A stretch of 64,000 nucleotides of DNA, from NCBI GenBank assembly GCA_951406725.2, contig OX597821.1:65658001-65722000 (forward strand), given 5' to 3'. Of the stretch, positions 26,655 to 39,615 are shown in pieces. The position numbers were made by a program, and so were the translations under genes. This stretch comes from Octopus vulgaris. Its lineage: Eukaryota. The notes beneath the pieces are model-generated. The model made no database searches. It saw only the letters and a program-made list of their open reading frames with translations, and had not been told where the DNA came from. Positions within the stretch are counted from its first letter, which is position 1; each line of letters starts with the position of its first letter.

Positions 26655-27125
26655 TCATTTATCCATCCATTTTCGCCGCTTACTGTTACTGGAAGGGTCA
26701 CGGTGGGACTGAGTACTCGGGTACCTCCACCATAGGGTCCCGTTAGAAGCAACCGCTATTACACTTTCTAGATGAATTTCCAAGCGTGACCAACTTAGAT
26801 TAACTGTCCTGCCTAACCGTCCCGTTCTTGGTCTACCCCTGTGTCTCCTGCAGGTTGGCTCAGCTTAAATAATCTGCCCTGCGATCTTTTCTTACGGCAG
26901 TCTAACCGCATAACCACAGTACGGAAGCTGTGACCAGTCATTGTGGTGAAGTAGCATCGCGACCTGAGGAGATTTCTTGATCTCTGAGCTATACACCCTG
27001 TCGAGTAACATTACACCAGAAATCCTTCAGAGGAACCCCATTTTGGCCGTCTCAATTAGCTGTCGTACTCTTCCGGTCAGCACCAAATATTCATGACCTT
27101 AGGTGAGGATGACGATAAGCGAAAC
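26655..27125 (-). mobile_element. RTE-clade (Rex3/Expander-like) LINE 3' end
   Basis: Decayed QGRPRTGR segment; tail AAGCGGCGAAAATGGATGGAT. Confidence 0.7.
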
Positions 27126-27147
27126 AACAATAAAAAAGAAACCTATT

Positions 27148-27297
27148 GAGTTCGTGCCAGTCACGAGGCCAAACATCACTGTGAGTTTCATCCGAAACCA
27201 TCCAGCGATTCTTCGGATATCTTGTCCAAGGACAGACAAGTAGACAAACAAACACCACTGAAAACAATACCTCCGCCTTCGCTAAGGCGGAGATAAT
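27148..27297 (+). mobile_element. Helentron-type element 3' end
   Basis: Terminal hairpin CTCCGCCTT-CGCT-AAGGCGGAG at 27271-27292. Confidence 0.65.
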
Positions 27298-27562
27298 AAA
27301 TATGATTTAAACTCAAATACGACAGAACGAAGCACACAGATGACAGGTTTTGAGAATATTCCTTTTATTGCATCATCCGCTGAACAGGAGGGTAATCCTA
27401 AGGAGAGATGCACATTATCATCTCTGCCTACTTTTTCATTCGGTTTGAAAGCCAAGTTTTGAACATCAAGCATACGGTTCCAAAAACTATATCACACACG
27501 ACAGAGGAGATTATAGCTCCCGCGTCGATGACGATTACGTTAATTTCTTCTTCTTTTCTTTG

Positions 27563-27617
<55 letters not shown>

Positions 27618-27772
27618 GGGTTAGCGTGATGAGATCTGGAGATAGGTGAATTTCTTCCTTACACGCTCTTAAATATAGACTTCCAGCAGGGTGGCGTTTT
27701 CTTTATCACGTATATCTGCCACGTGTATATGTGTGTGTGTGTGTATGTGAATGAGTGTGAGTGTGTGTGTGT

Positions 27773-27840
<68 letters not shown>

Positions 27841-28409
27841 GTGTGTATTGCACGTCACTTTTTTTGCTAGCTTCTCTTGTATAAGAATTTTTGACAGTTT
27901 CTTCTGAGTCGCTCAAAACAGTTTCGTCTATTCAATTTGGTTTGTTTATTTTGGCGATATGTATGGGTGTTGTTCTTGTTGTTGCTGATGATGTTGATGT
28001 TGTTAACGGTATTCTTCAAATTGTAGCACTTGCTGTGAAATTAAATTTGTTCCGTTTCTTCACTTTTTTTCTTTTTTTTTTTTTGCATGTAGTTATTATT
28101 CATTTTTCAATTTTTAGAGTAGTGTTTTCTCTGCGGAGAAGCCATCATTATTTGAATGTAAACTGAAGCATAAAAATACGCTTATGTCCAAAGTTGATAG
28201 GACTTACATGTTAGACTACCCAACACAGAATTGTCGACCAACAATTTCTGTGAGTTTCTTTGTTGGATAATACAAAAAAAATATTTTCCTTCCAGTTGTA
28301 GTCGATAAAAACTAAAAACAAATTTGGTACACGATCAAATCTCATCTGCTTACGTCAACATCTGTTAATAAAAATTCCTTCTACTATAAATAAAATGCTT
28401 GAAATTTTG

Positions 28410-28755
28410 AAGGGATTACATTGACCCCAGTCGATTACATTGACCCCAGTGCTCAACTGGTACTTATTTTATCGACCGCAAAAGGATGAAAGGTGACTAG
28501 ACATCGGCGGCATTTAAACTTAGAACGTAAAGACGGACAAAATACTGCTAAGCATTTTGGGCGGCGTGCTAAGAATTCTACTAACTCACCGTCTTGCATC
28601 AAATAATAATAATAATGGCTTCGAATTTTGGCACTAGGCCCGCAATTTTGGAGGGAGGGGAGAGTGGATATCATTGATTCCAGTACACAACTGGTATTTA
28701 TTTTATCGAACACAGAAGGATGAAAGGCGATGATGACCTTAGCCAAATTTCAACA
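28410..28755 (-). mobile_element. Two diverged SINE A copies (one with tail B)
   Basis: CTGGTACTTATTTTATCGAC..GGATGAAAGG motif occurs twice. Confidence 0.75.
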
Positions 28756-28797
28756 TTGAATATTATTATTATTATTGTTATTATTATTATTATTATT

Positions 28798-28856
<59 letters not shown>

Positions 28857-28858
<2 letters not shown>

Positions 28859-29391
28859 GTGACTCTCATGGCTTCTGATCTTAACTGATTGGAAGTGCTA
28901 TCAGGTACATTGTTTTGTCTTGGTATAAAAGATGGGCTACAGCAAATATTCTGCTCAATACCACGGATTTGCTTGTCAGTTGTTTGACCTTAACCAGCTG
29001 ACCATGTCCCTTAGTGGCTGACGATATGTGCATCTCTGATCATGAGCAGAAGTAGTGGTGGAGCAACATAGCCATATGCTGAAAGGAATTCTTGGAGGTT
29101 TGGATAATTCACCCTTAGAAACATTGGTGGTTCGCTCAACATCCTTAAACAATCCTTTATCAGGGACCTTTTGAGCGGGATGGGCTACTCAACCAGAAGA
29201 AAATTCTAACTGTGTCCCCCCTGCAAGGTCATGCGCTCTTTATTTTTATATGAGATCACCATGTCGCGCGCATATGGTTGTGATGCATGTGTCTGGTGTA
29301 CCCTTGTCAGATGGGTAGTCATGATGGGTATACTGGGCTTCATATATTTTACCCCAGTGTCACTTTGATGGCATGTACTGCTCTCTCACTC
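28857..29391 (+). mobile_element. Non-coding 535-bp repeat X ending in (AAT)n
   Basis: TAA tracts on both sides; reverse-complement copies at 34742-34960 and 60273-60715. Confidence 0.85.
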
Positions 29392-29401
29392 AATAATAAT
29401 A

Positions 29402-29451
<50 letters not shown>

Positions 29452-29453
<2 letters not shown>

Positions 29454-29814
29454 CATTGAAATTGAGAAAATGTGGCATCTCAAGGCGGTTACAATACCAG
29501 TGATCGTAGGAGCACTAGGAATGATCAAGAAGGAACCGAAAATTATATGAGAATGATCCTGGCTTACCATCCCTGCAAGAAGTGCAAAAGATTGTCTTAA
29601 CTGGTACATCACACGTATTGAGAAGAGCATTGTCGATGTGAGAACTGTTGCTGCTCATGTATTTTAATTTAACTTTAAAAAAAAATTAAAAAAATGAACG
29701 AACTACTGAGTTTGGTTTAATGGCCTACCAATGTATGCTATGAGTTTCTTTGACCTAGGAGTCGGGAAGACACTCGGCAAGAAATGGAAGCAAATTTGAA
29801 AGAAGAAGAAAAAA

Positions 29815-29815
<1 letters not shown>
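29452..29815 (+). mobile_element. Dong/R4-like LINE 3' end (subfamily 3) in (TAA)n
   Basis: IEIEKMWHLKAVTIPVIVGALGMIKK plus 3' UTR; TAA flanks. Confidence 0.85.
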
Positions 29816-29846
<31 letters not shown>

Positions 29847-29849
<3 letters not shown>

Positions 29850-30953
29850 TCCAACCCCCAAAAACTCTACCAAGAACTTGGCAAAAATAAAATAGCAGAA
29901 GTGGAAGAATTTTGGAAAGAAATATGGTCGGCGAATGAACAACTTCAGAAAGGACTATTAAAACAACGAACTTAGCACCTGAGCAACTCTGGACCCCTAT
30001 AACAACTGAAGAGATCACCCAGGCACTGCAAAGTCTAAGCAACTGGAAGGAACCTGGGTACAAGTTCCCCAACTTCTGGCTAAAGTATCTGAAAGGAATA
30101 CACAAAAAGCTGGCTGAAAACTTTAGCGACATACTAGCAGAGCCAGAGACAATGCTTGAATGGCTCACGAAAGGGAAAAACAATCCTAATTCCCAAATCC
30201 AATCAAACGGCAAAACCAGAAAACTACAGCCTATAACCTGTCTCCCTACAATGTACAAAGCCTTTACTGCAGTAATATCGTAAAGATTGAGCAAGCATCT
30301 GGAAGAAAACAACCTGTTCCAGAAAAGCAGAAGGGATGCTGCAAGATCAGCTAATGATCAATAAAGCCATAACTGAAGACGGCCGCAGACAGAAGAAAGA
30401 CCTCAGTATGGCCTGGATCGACTACCGAAAAGCTTTTTATAGTATTCCCCACACGTGGATCCTCGAAACACTAGCCATCAACAAGGTAGCAACAATTATA
30501 AAATACATAAGACACTATATGAATAAATGACAGACACTGCTACACCTCCAAACAAAAGAGGGACTCGTGAAAACCAAAGCCATCCCTATTAGAAGAGGAA
30601 TATTCCAGGGAGACACGCTCTCTCCACTCATTTTCTGCTTGGCACTGACACCTCTATCTGATATGCTAAATAGAACTGGATGCGGATACAAATGTTACGG
30701 CAAAACAATCAGCCACCTTTTATATATGGATGACTTAAAACTATACGCTACAAATGACAAACAGCTGGAAACACTACTACAGACAGTACAGGGATTTACC
30801 AAAGAAATAGATGTGAAATTTGGATTAGAAAAATGCCCCATGCAACCCTGAAAAGAGGAAAACTAGTTAAGTGTAGTAACATCACACTAGATAAAGCCAA
30901 TGAAATAAGAGAATTAGACCAAAGCCAGACATACAAATATTTAGGAATCCATG
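29847..30953 (+). mobile_element. R4/Dong-like RT fragment, same family as 4546-6377
   Basis: EVEEFWKEIWSANEQ, AWIDYRKAF, QGDTLSPL, LLYMDDLKLYA, YKYLGI. Confidence 0.92.
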
Positions 30954-31114
30954 TTAGAATTGAAGGAAACATAGATCACCTCAAAATAAATACAGTAACA
31001 TCTGAGGGAAAGTATCATCTGTCTAAGGTCCCTGTTGTGACATGACAGATGACTAAAGACTCGGGTGCATTTTTACCTACACTGTGTTACGAAGGAATAA
31101 TAACAATGATAATA

Positions 31115-31400
31115 AAACTTGGAAAATTAAAAGTGTAAAAGGTTGTGCCTATAACAATTGGTGCAATGGGAACTGTAAGCAAAACTATAGACAAAAGGTT
31201 GAAACTGATTGGAATAAAATGCTCCGTAGAACTTCTACAGTAAGTTTGCCTCTTAAGGACGGGGAAAATTATCAGGAAGATTCGAAGCACTTGAAGGACC
31301 ATTGAAAAGTTGTGGATACCTAAGGTTACAGATAGTAACCCGTTATGCACATAAATCCAACAAGGAATAAGACCGAACCTGAATCAAATCAACAGCGATA
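31115..31400 (+). mobile_element. Dong/R4-like LINE 3' end (subfamily 4)
   Basis: KVVPITIGAMGTVSK; degenerate AAT flanks. Confidence 0.7.
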
Positions 31401-32870
31401 ATAAACATCCTTTTATGTTTTGGTCCAAAGCCAACAATTTTAGAGGTAGATAGTTTAGTCGTTTATGTCGATCCCAGTGCTCAACTAGGGTCGACGTAAT
31501 CGACAGTCAGCATCGGCCTCACCATCATTCTTGTAGTCGTAGGCGTTGCCATACATCTCCTGCTCCTCCTCCTCCTAATTTTTCTCACGATCATCATGAT
31601 CATCACCACCATGATCATCATCGTGGCCATCACCATCACTGTCGTGGTCTTAATCGTGGTTGTGGTCGTGGTTCTGGTCATCGTCAACAAGTTCGTCATC
31701 ATTAACGTTGATCGTCGTCGTCGATGTCTAATGATGACGATGATGATGACAATGGTGGTGGTGGTGGTAACGGTGGCGATGATGATGATGATCATCATCA
31801 TCATCGTCATCATCATCATCTTCACGAGCATCATCATCATGAACATCATCATCATCATCATCATCACCACCACCACACTTATCATCATCATCAGTCGTGA
31901 TCTTCGTTGCGGTTGCCGCCGTGGCTCCGGGCGTCGGTTGTCTTTGTCATCGTCGTGTGTCATCATGATCGTGATCACCACCACCACTACCACCACCACC
32001 ACCACCACCACCGCCTACCACCACCACCACCTGCCGCCAACATACCACCACCGTTCTGATCGACGCTGTCCTCTTCTTCCTCCTCTTCTTCCTCCTCTGC
32101 ACCATTCCGCTTTTTCTCTTCCCTTTAGTATCATTAATCAACATAATATGGTCTTATGTGACAACACTAACAACGTCAATATATTTGCTTTATTTTTTTT
32201 TTCCTGCTCTATTCTATCCCATTCTATTTCTATTTCTATTTCTATTTTTATTTCATTTCATTTTATTTTATTCTATTTTAGTTCCTCAAATACTCTTACA
32301 AACAGTCGCTATTGAATATTTGAGACTATGATTCAACAACTGACAAGTTCACGACCCCAACCTCTCTAGTCGGGGCATGAGTCAGGCTTGCAACAACTTT
32401 TAAGTTACAATGAGTCACCTAACCAGTCCTTCCCGTTATCCCCCCGCCACACATATATATATACACGCACACACACATATATATATATGTACACACATAT
32501 GTGTATGTACGTACATGTACATTACATACACGCACACGCACACACACACGCATATAAGTGTTATCATGCGTGTGTGTGTGTCTATCAATAAGCATGCGTA
32601 TGTTTGCGGGTATATCTGTATATATATATATATATGCGTGTGTATGTGTGTGCCTGTGCGCGCTTATACATGTGTATGTATATATGTATATAGATGCATT
32701 GATATAGATTTAGATAAATAGATAGATAGTTAGATAGGTAAATGGATAAATAGATCGATGGGTCGATCGATAGAGAGATAGATAGATGGATCGATCGATG
32801 GATCGATAGATAGATGCATGTTGTGTGTGTGTATGTATGTGTTTGTTTGTTTGTTTGTTTGTTTGTGTGC

Positions 32871-32950
<80 letters not shown>

Positions 32951-33328
32951 ATCCTCCTTCGGTTTCGGCCATGATATTCTTATTTGTGGATCTGTTACGG
33001 CATGAGGTGTCGTCTTTATTCAGGGTTGTCCTTCATTTTCGTAAGACGGAACATGTTTTCGGGTTCATGGTTTATAGTGATTACATAACTTTGGTATTGC
33101 TTGATTGACTTCATATGGATAATCTTATTAGCCTCGAGCAATGTTCAATTAATGGTTTCTTGCTTCTGGGATGTTCTGCTTAGCGGTATTTCGTCCGTCT
33201 TTATGTTCTATGTAATAATGCCACCGAAGTCGACTCTGCCTTTTATCCTTTCGGGGTCGACTGAGCACTGGGGTCGATGTAACCAATGTTCCACCTTCCT
33301 CGAAATAACGGGCCTTGTTCGTTCAACT

Positions 33329-33799
33329 TGTAGTGACGTCATTCTTCATTGTGCGTGTGCGGGGCTGGAACCTTCTGGAAAGGCCTAAAGAAGTTCCCTC
33401 ATGCACATGCACTAAAAACTGGAGAAAAAAATTCTGTCGCGTTCCTTGTTAGCGTCGGTGACTTGAGACACGGCTATTAAAGAGAGAAGACGTGTTTAAC
33501 GTGTTATAAGCCTATGCTACTGTCCCAGACGCTTGGGATTTGACCGGCTCTGTTGCTGCTGGAGTTGTTGTGAGGTTTATCTTTACAAATGTTCAACTTC
33601 AGTCTTGCTGTACCTACACCAAGTGGTTACCAATTTACCAGCGTGCCTTCTTTATGTAAATAACGAAATAAAGTGTCATATTTTCTAAGGTTGCTTTCTT
33701 GTTCCTGACGCCGGTAGTTTTTGGAAACAAAGAAGGAAATTGTGTTGCACCCAAACAGTGAAAAAAAAGACACAACCTGTTCTAGACAGTACCTTTACA
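33329..33799 (+). mobile_element. 5' LTR of a gypsy element, followed by a tRNA-Trp-like PBS
   Basis: TGTA...TACA termini; AATAAA at about 33667; TGGTGACACCGA at 33801 is close to the Trp PBS TGGTGACCCCGA. Confidence 0.75.
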
Positions 33800-34347
33800 G
33801 TGGTGACACCGAGTCTGGTCCTTGACCATAGAACACTCAACCAAGATCCAGTTTCTACCGAGTCTGAACCAGTCAGTCAACTACCATCTCCGCCGCCGTC
33901 ATCATCATCGTTCAACAATTTTAGGTCGTCTCAAGCATTTGACAGCCATTCCATCGTCCACAGAAAATTTTACTTAAGCTGTTAGTGTGATCCTTGCACC
34001 AAGCATAACAGGCAGTCCAACTTAAGAATATACAGTTTAAAATACATAACATTAAAAAAAAATTTTCATATTAGCACACACACACACGACAAAAAAATAT
34101 TTTTTAGACGCGACGAAGGTTGGTAAATAAAAAAAAAAATTTTTTTATTCTCTGTGCATACAGTACAAAAAAACATATTTTTTTTGGTAAATTGTACACA
34201 TAGAACAAGTTTGTTGGTTTAATTGCTGGTCTTGTTTTAATTTCTATTTATTTTTGTTCCTTTTCCTTTTGCGTCAGTTCAACTTTCATTCGTTTTTATT
34301 TCCCCTTCCTTTGACAGACTCATTTATTAAAATTAAAAAACAACAAA

Positions 34348-34741
34348 ATGTCTCTGGCATCATTACCCATTTTCACAGGAGATGCAACACTTTGGTTTGC
34401 ACAACTGGAGGCATGTTTTTGTGCACATAGTGTTTCTCCTGAGCAGCAGTTGCAACTCCTTTATAGTTGTATACCTCCACAACATGCAACTACTGCCAGA
34501 GATCTTATTACAGATCCTTGTCCAGACGCCACTTATGGGTCTGTTAAGTTAGAAATTTTAAGAAGAAACACTAGAAGGGAGGAAAGTCGTTTCAACGAAC
34601 TGATGGCAGACGAAGAGTTAGGAGATAGAACTCCTTCAGAATTTTTGCGACGATTGAGAGAGTTAAGCGGTAAATCCGCTGACGGTCCTCTACGTCGAAA
34701 AATATTTTTTTCAAGGTTGCCTTCTAATATTCAAACTATTT
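34348..34741 (+). pseudogene. gag: Gypsy (CsRn1-clade-like) gag, truncated by repeat X
   Basis: LPIFTGDATLWFAQLEACF, ELGDRTPSEFLRRLRELSG, IFFSRLPSNIQTIL; lies downstream of the LTR and PBS. Confidence 0.85.
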
Positions 34742-34960
34742 TGTTTAAGGATGTTGAACGAACCGGTCATGTTTCCAAAGGTGAATTATCCAGACCTCCA
34801 AGAATTCCTTTCAACACACGGCTATGATGCCCCTCTCCACTACTTCTGCTCGTGATCAGAGATGCACATATCGTCAGCCACTGAGGGACATGCTCAACTG
34901 GTTAAGGTCAAACAACTGACAAGCACATCTGTGGTACTGAGCAGAATATTTGCTGTTGCC
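34742..34960 (-). mobile_element. Repeat X internal fragment
   Basis: Matches the reverse complement of about 28935-29152. Confidence 0.85.
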
Positions 34961-34993
34961 CTCCTCCTCCTCCTCCTCCTCCTCCTCCTTCTT

Positions 34994-35101
<108 letters not shown>

Positions 35102-35111
35102 TTTTTTTTTT

Positions 35112-35468
35112 ATAGCGTGCTTTCACTTCACTACCGAGCGCAGCTCTGTGTGCCTTGGGTATGTGCTGTTGTTTGCTGTGATGCTCTTATGGTTACTGCA
35201 TTGAAAGTGTTTTGCGTAGGATGTGTGCAATGCCCAGTAGTGCAATTTTCTGTATGTTATATATATTTGTAAGTACTGGTGTTTTTGTTATGTATTTGTC
35301 TGAATATTTTTTTATCATGCCTAATGCACCTACTATGATAGGAATCATTTCTGATTTTAGATTCCACATTCTGGTTACCTCTATTTCCAGGTCTTTGTAT
35401 TTTGAAAGTTTCTCCATTTATTTTAGAGACACGTTGTCATTTGCTGGTATTGATACATCAATTAGAAT
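35112..35468 (-). mobile_element. Dong/R4-like LINE 3' end (subfamily 5) in (TTA)n
   Basis: EKLSKYKDLEIEVTRMWNLK..IPIIVGALG..LLGIAHILRKTL. Confidence 0.88.
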
Positions 35469-35489
35469 ATTATTGTTATTATTTTATTA

Positions 35490-35533
<44 letters not shown>

Positions 35534-36285
35534 TTCTCTTTCTTTATTACCCACTAGGGGCGACACAGAGGGGACACCACAAAACATTGGGGACATAGAA
35601 CATTATAATTACTAGTATGGAGAATGAATTTTTAGAATGATAGTGATAATATGAAAGCGATGCTGACGGCCCCATCCGCCAGCATCACTTACCTGTCCTT
35701 CACCTATCATCTCCAATCAAAAGTCCCTCTTTTCTTATCACTTTCTCAAATATCCTTTCATACTCTTTTATCTTCTCATTCGAAAATTCCATCTCAATTG
35801 CTTATTATTATTATTATCATTATTATTATTATCATTATTAATATGATGATGAAGAGGACAAGGACAAAGATCATGATGATGTTGATGACGATGACGATGA
35901 TGATGATATAAAGCACGTGTTTGTCATGTATACAATACCGTTGATCACCATAATATGAGTTAGACATCGAACTATACAGCTATTCATTGACAAACGCATA
36001 CCTTGCGTCCGCGTCTCGCACGAACATATCCTTGTTCTGTTTTGGTGTTTTCGTGTTACATTCACGCACAAGATGAGTCACCTGACCGCTACAAAGCTGG
36101 TAATATGTTGTTTTTTTTTTTTCATTTTCTGAAACACGCGAAGCCTTTGTCAATTTTGTCTTTCATCCTTTTGAGGATCGATAAAATAAAGTACAAATCA
36201 AACACTGTTGTCGAGGGTATTGATTATCTCCATCCCACTAAGACCTCTGGCCTTATGCCTACATTACAAATCATCATCATCATCA

Positions 36286-36346
<61 letters not shown>

Positions 36347-36350
36347 CATC

Positions 36351-36451
<101 letters not shown>

Positions 36452-36486
36452 CTTCGTCATCATCGTCGTTGTTATTGTTGGTGAAA

Positions 36487-36705
36487 GGTGGTAAGCTGGC
36501 AGAGTCGTTAGCAGGCTGGACGAAATGCTTAGCAATATTTCGGCTGTCGCTACGTTCTGAGTTCAAATTCCACCGAGGTCAACTTAGCTTTTCATCCTTT
36601 CAGGGTCGATAAATTAAGTACCAGTTGCCTACCGGGGTCGATCTAATCGACTGGTTCCCTTCCCCAAGATTTCAGACCTTGTGCCTATAGGAGAAAGGGT
36701 TATTA
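36487..36705 (+). mobile_element. SINE A with tail B, ending in (ATT)n
   Basis: Head plus CCTTGTGCCTATAGGAGAAAGG tail. Confidence 0.85.
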
Positions 36706-36738
36706 CTTTTATTATTATTATTATTATTATTACTATTA

Positions 36739-36813
<75 letters not shown>

Positions 36814-36815
<2 letters not shown>

Positions 36816-37557
36816 TTTGCATAGCTTCTAATGCTGGAAATGTACTACAGCGTCAGCTGTTCACTACCAGTGAACTAAGGTATCGGCTTTCATTTTTCGA
36901 GCACCTTCCAAAATATTCGAGCGGTTCCAAGCTGTGCTGTTTTCTGCAAGTGCTCCACCCTTATTGCAGCCCCTATTTGTTCAACGTACTTCTCGAGATT
37001 TTTGCCCACTGTTCCCAGGGTTCCGACAATTATTGGTACAACTGTTGCCTTTTTCATCGATCGCAACTTCTTAACTTCCCAAGCTAGCCTGTCATATCTC
37101 TCGACTTTTCTTTCTTCCTTATCGCATACCTTGTTGTCAGCTGGGCATGCTATATCTATGATCAAGCATAGTTTATTTTCTTTCTCAATTAAGATTATGT
37201 CTGGCTTCATATTCTCTATCTCATGGTCGCACTGAATCATAAAATCCCATAGCATCTTTGCATTTCTATTTTTCGACTATGTCTTCAGGTTTGTGGTCGT
37301 ACCAATTTTTTGCGCTGTCAAGGCCATACTTGTTGCAGAGTGTCCAATAGACAAGCCTGGCTATATTGTCGTGGTGTCTCTTATATTCCTTCTGGGCTAG
37401 TGGCGTACATTGGCTGGTAATATGCCATACGGTTTCACCGTTTTGACCACAGATTCTGTACTTATCACTTTCTGCTGTGTTGTCTATTCTGTATTTTATG
37501 TAGTTTGTTCTTGGTGCTTGCCCTTAGGCAGCACAGATTAGAGCCTCCGTTTCCGGT
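36814..37557 (-). mobile_element. Dong/R4-like LINE 3' end (subfamily 2) in (TTA)n
   Basis: LWDFMIQCDHEIENMKPDIILIEK..IDIACP..GTARIFWKVL. Confidence 0.9.
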
Positions 37558-37595
37558 TTTATTATTATTATTATTATTAATATTATTATTATTAT

Positions 37596-38285
37596 ATGTT
37601 TGACGTTTGCTTTGTATTTGTACAAGTTGGTGCCAAATCTCACCCAGAAACCTCAAGAAACAAGTTTAGAATTTCATGTTGGTGCCATGCCTAGAGTGTC
37701 ATATATTTGGTTTTGCACATAGTATTGTTCTACTGAATGTTTTAAAAAAACATAACAAAATTATGAGTTTGTTGTAAAATTTGAGATTACGTAGAATATG
37801 GGGAGTTCCCAAGAAAATTTATCTTTTGAATTTCTGCCATTTTGGGGTTTCCTGGTATCTGAGCTAGTTAGCAATCAGCCCATTTTGCGATCATTCCTAG
37901 GGCACCTACGACAACAGGTATTGTTTTAGTCTTCAGGCTCCACATTTCGCTACTTTCTATTTCAAGATCTTTATACTTGCTCAGTTTTTGGTAGGTCTTG
38001 ACAGATACGTTTATATCGATTGGGACAGTCATATCGATGAGGAGGCATGATTTTTGCCTGAAGTCTTTCAATATGATGTCTGGACTATTAGCATCTGTTT
38101 TTCCGTCAGTTTGAATGGTGCAGTTCCAGAGGAGATGTGATCATTTTCAAGCACTGGGGATGGTTTGTGTTCCCACCAGTTTTTATCATGGGGTAAATCC
38201 AGGTTTTTGCAAATTACCCAGTGAATATATTGTGCTGCTCTATCACGCCTCATGAGATACTCTGTAGGCGTAAGAAAACTGCACT
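37596..38285 (-). mobile_element. Dong/R4-like LINE 3' end (subfamily 1) in (TTA)n
   Basis: RRDRAAQYIHWVIC..WWEHKP; LIDMTVP..KLSKYKDLEIE. Confidence 0.9.
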
Positions 38286-38304
38286 ATTATTATTATTATT
38301 ATTA

Positions 38305-38381
<77 letters not shown>

Positions 38382-38427
38382 GTTGTTGTTGTTGTTATTA
38401 TTATTATTGTCATTATCATCATCATCA

Positions 38428-38464
<37 letters not shown>

Positions 38465-38467
<3 letters not shown>

Positions 38468-38683
38468 CTCTTTTACTCGTTTACTTGTTTCAGTCATTTG
38501 ACTGCGGCCATACTGGAGCACCCATTTAGTCGAACAAATCGATCCCAAGACTTATTCCCTGCAAGCCTAGAACTTCTGCTACTGGTGCCTTTTGCTGAAT
38601 CGCTAAGTTACAGGGACGTAAACACACCACCATCGGTTGTCAACCGATGGGATGGGAACAAACGGAGACACGCAAATACATGG

Positions 38684-38718
<35 letters not shown>

Positions 38719-38950
38719 CAAACATACATACACTCACACACACACATATACATATAAATATGTATGTATATATACAAATATATATACATATATGAGAAGC
38801 TTCTTTCAGTTTCCGTCTACCAAATCCACTCACAAGACTTTGGTCGGCCCGAGGCTGTAGTAGAAGACACTTGCCTAAGAGGCCATGCAATGGGACTGAA
38901 CCTGGAACCATGTGGTTAGGAAACAAGCTCCCTACCACACAGCCACTCAT
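38465..38950 (-). mobile_element. SINE family B
   Basis: Family motifs. Confidence 0.88.
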
Positions 38951-39080
38951 GTGTGTGTGTATGTGTATGTGTGTGTGTGTGGGGGGTGTCTGTGTGTGTG
39001 TGTGTGTGTATTTGTGTGTGTGTGTGTATTTGTGTGTGTGTGTGTGTGTGTGTGGGTGTGTGCATTTGTGTGTGTGTGTG

Positions 39081-39138
<58 letters not shown>

Positions 39139-39299
39139 GTGCGTTATTACTGTCTTATTTTTTCATACGTGCTTTTCCAATGATTAACAATGATACATAT
39201 TGTGCTGGAATAAGACAAGAATCTCAGAACTGAAATTCTACTGACTTGTAATATTTTAGTTTTGAAATAGTTTTAAGCGAGTTAAATATTTGCAAGTTG

Positions 39300-39615
39300 A
39301 CGCTGTCTTTGTTAGGATGTAAGCGGTCTCCGTGAGAACGAACTTTTGTAGTTCTTGATACCGTGCTGTTTCATGCTATTTGGTATTTGGTGTCGTTTCC
39401 AAAGCTCCAGTGATCACAGGTTCAGTTGTTGATCTTATATGCCACATTAAAGAGATCATCATTTTAAAGTCCTTATATTTATTTAACTTTTCAAATGTTT
39501 TTACAAAAGTGTTGCAGTCAGCTGGGATTGACATGTCTCTGAGCAGATATGTTTTGTCAACGAGATTTTTTTTAACCACAATATTTGGCCTATTGGCCTC
39601 AATAGCACGATAAGA
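39300..39615 (-). mobile_element. Old RLE LINE 3' fragment
   Basis: IEANRPNIVV..DMSIPAD..EKLNKYKD..PVITGAL. Confidence 0.75.
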
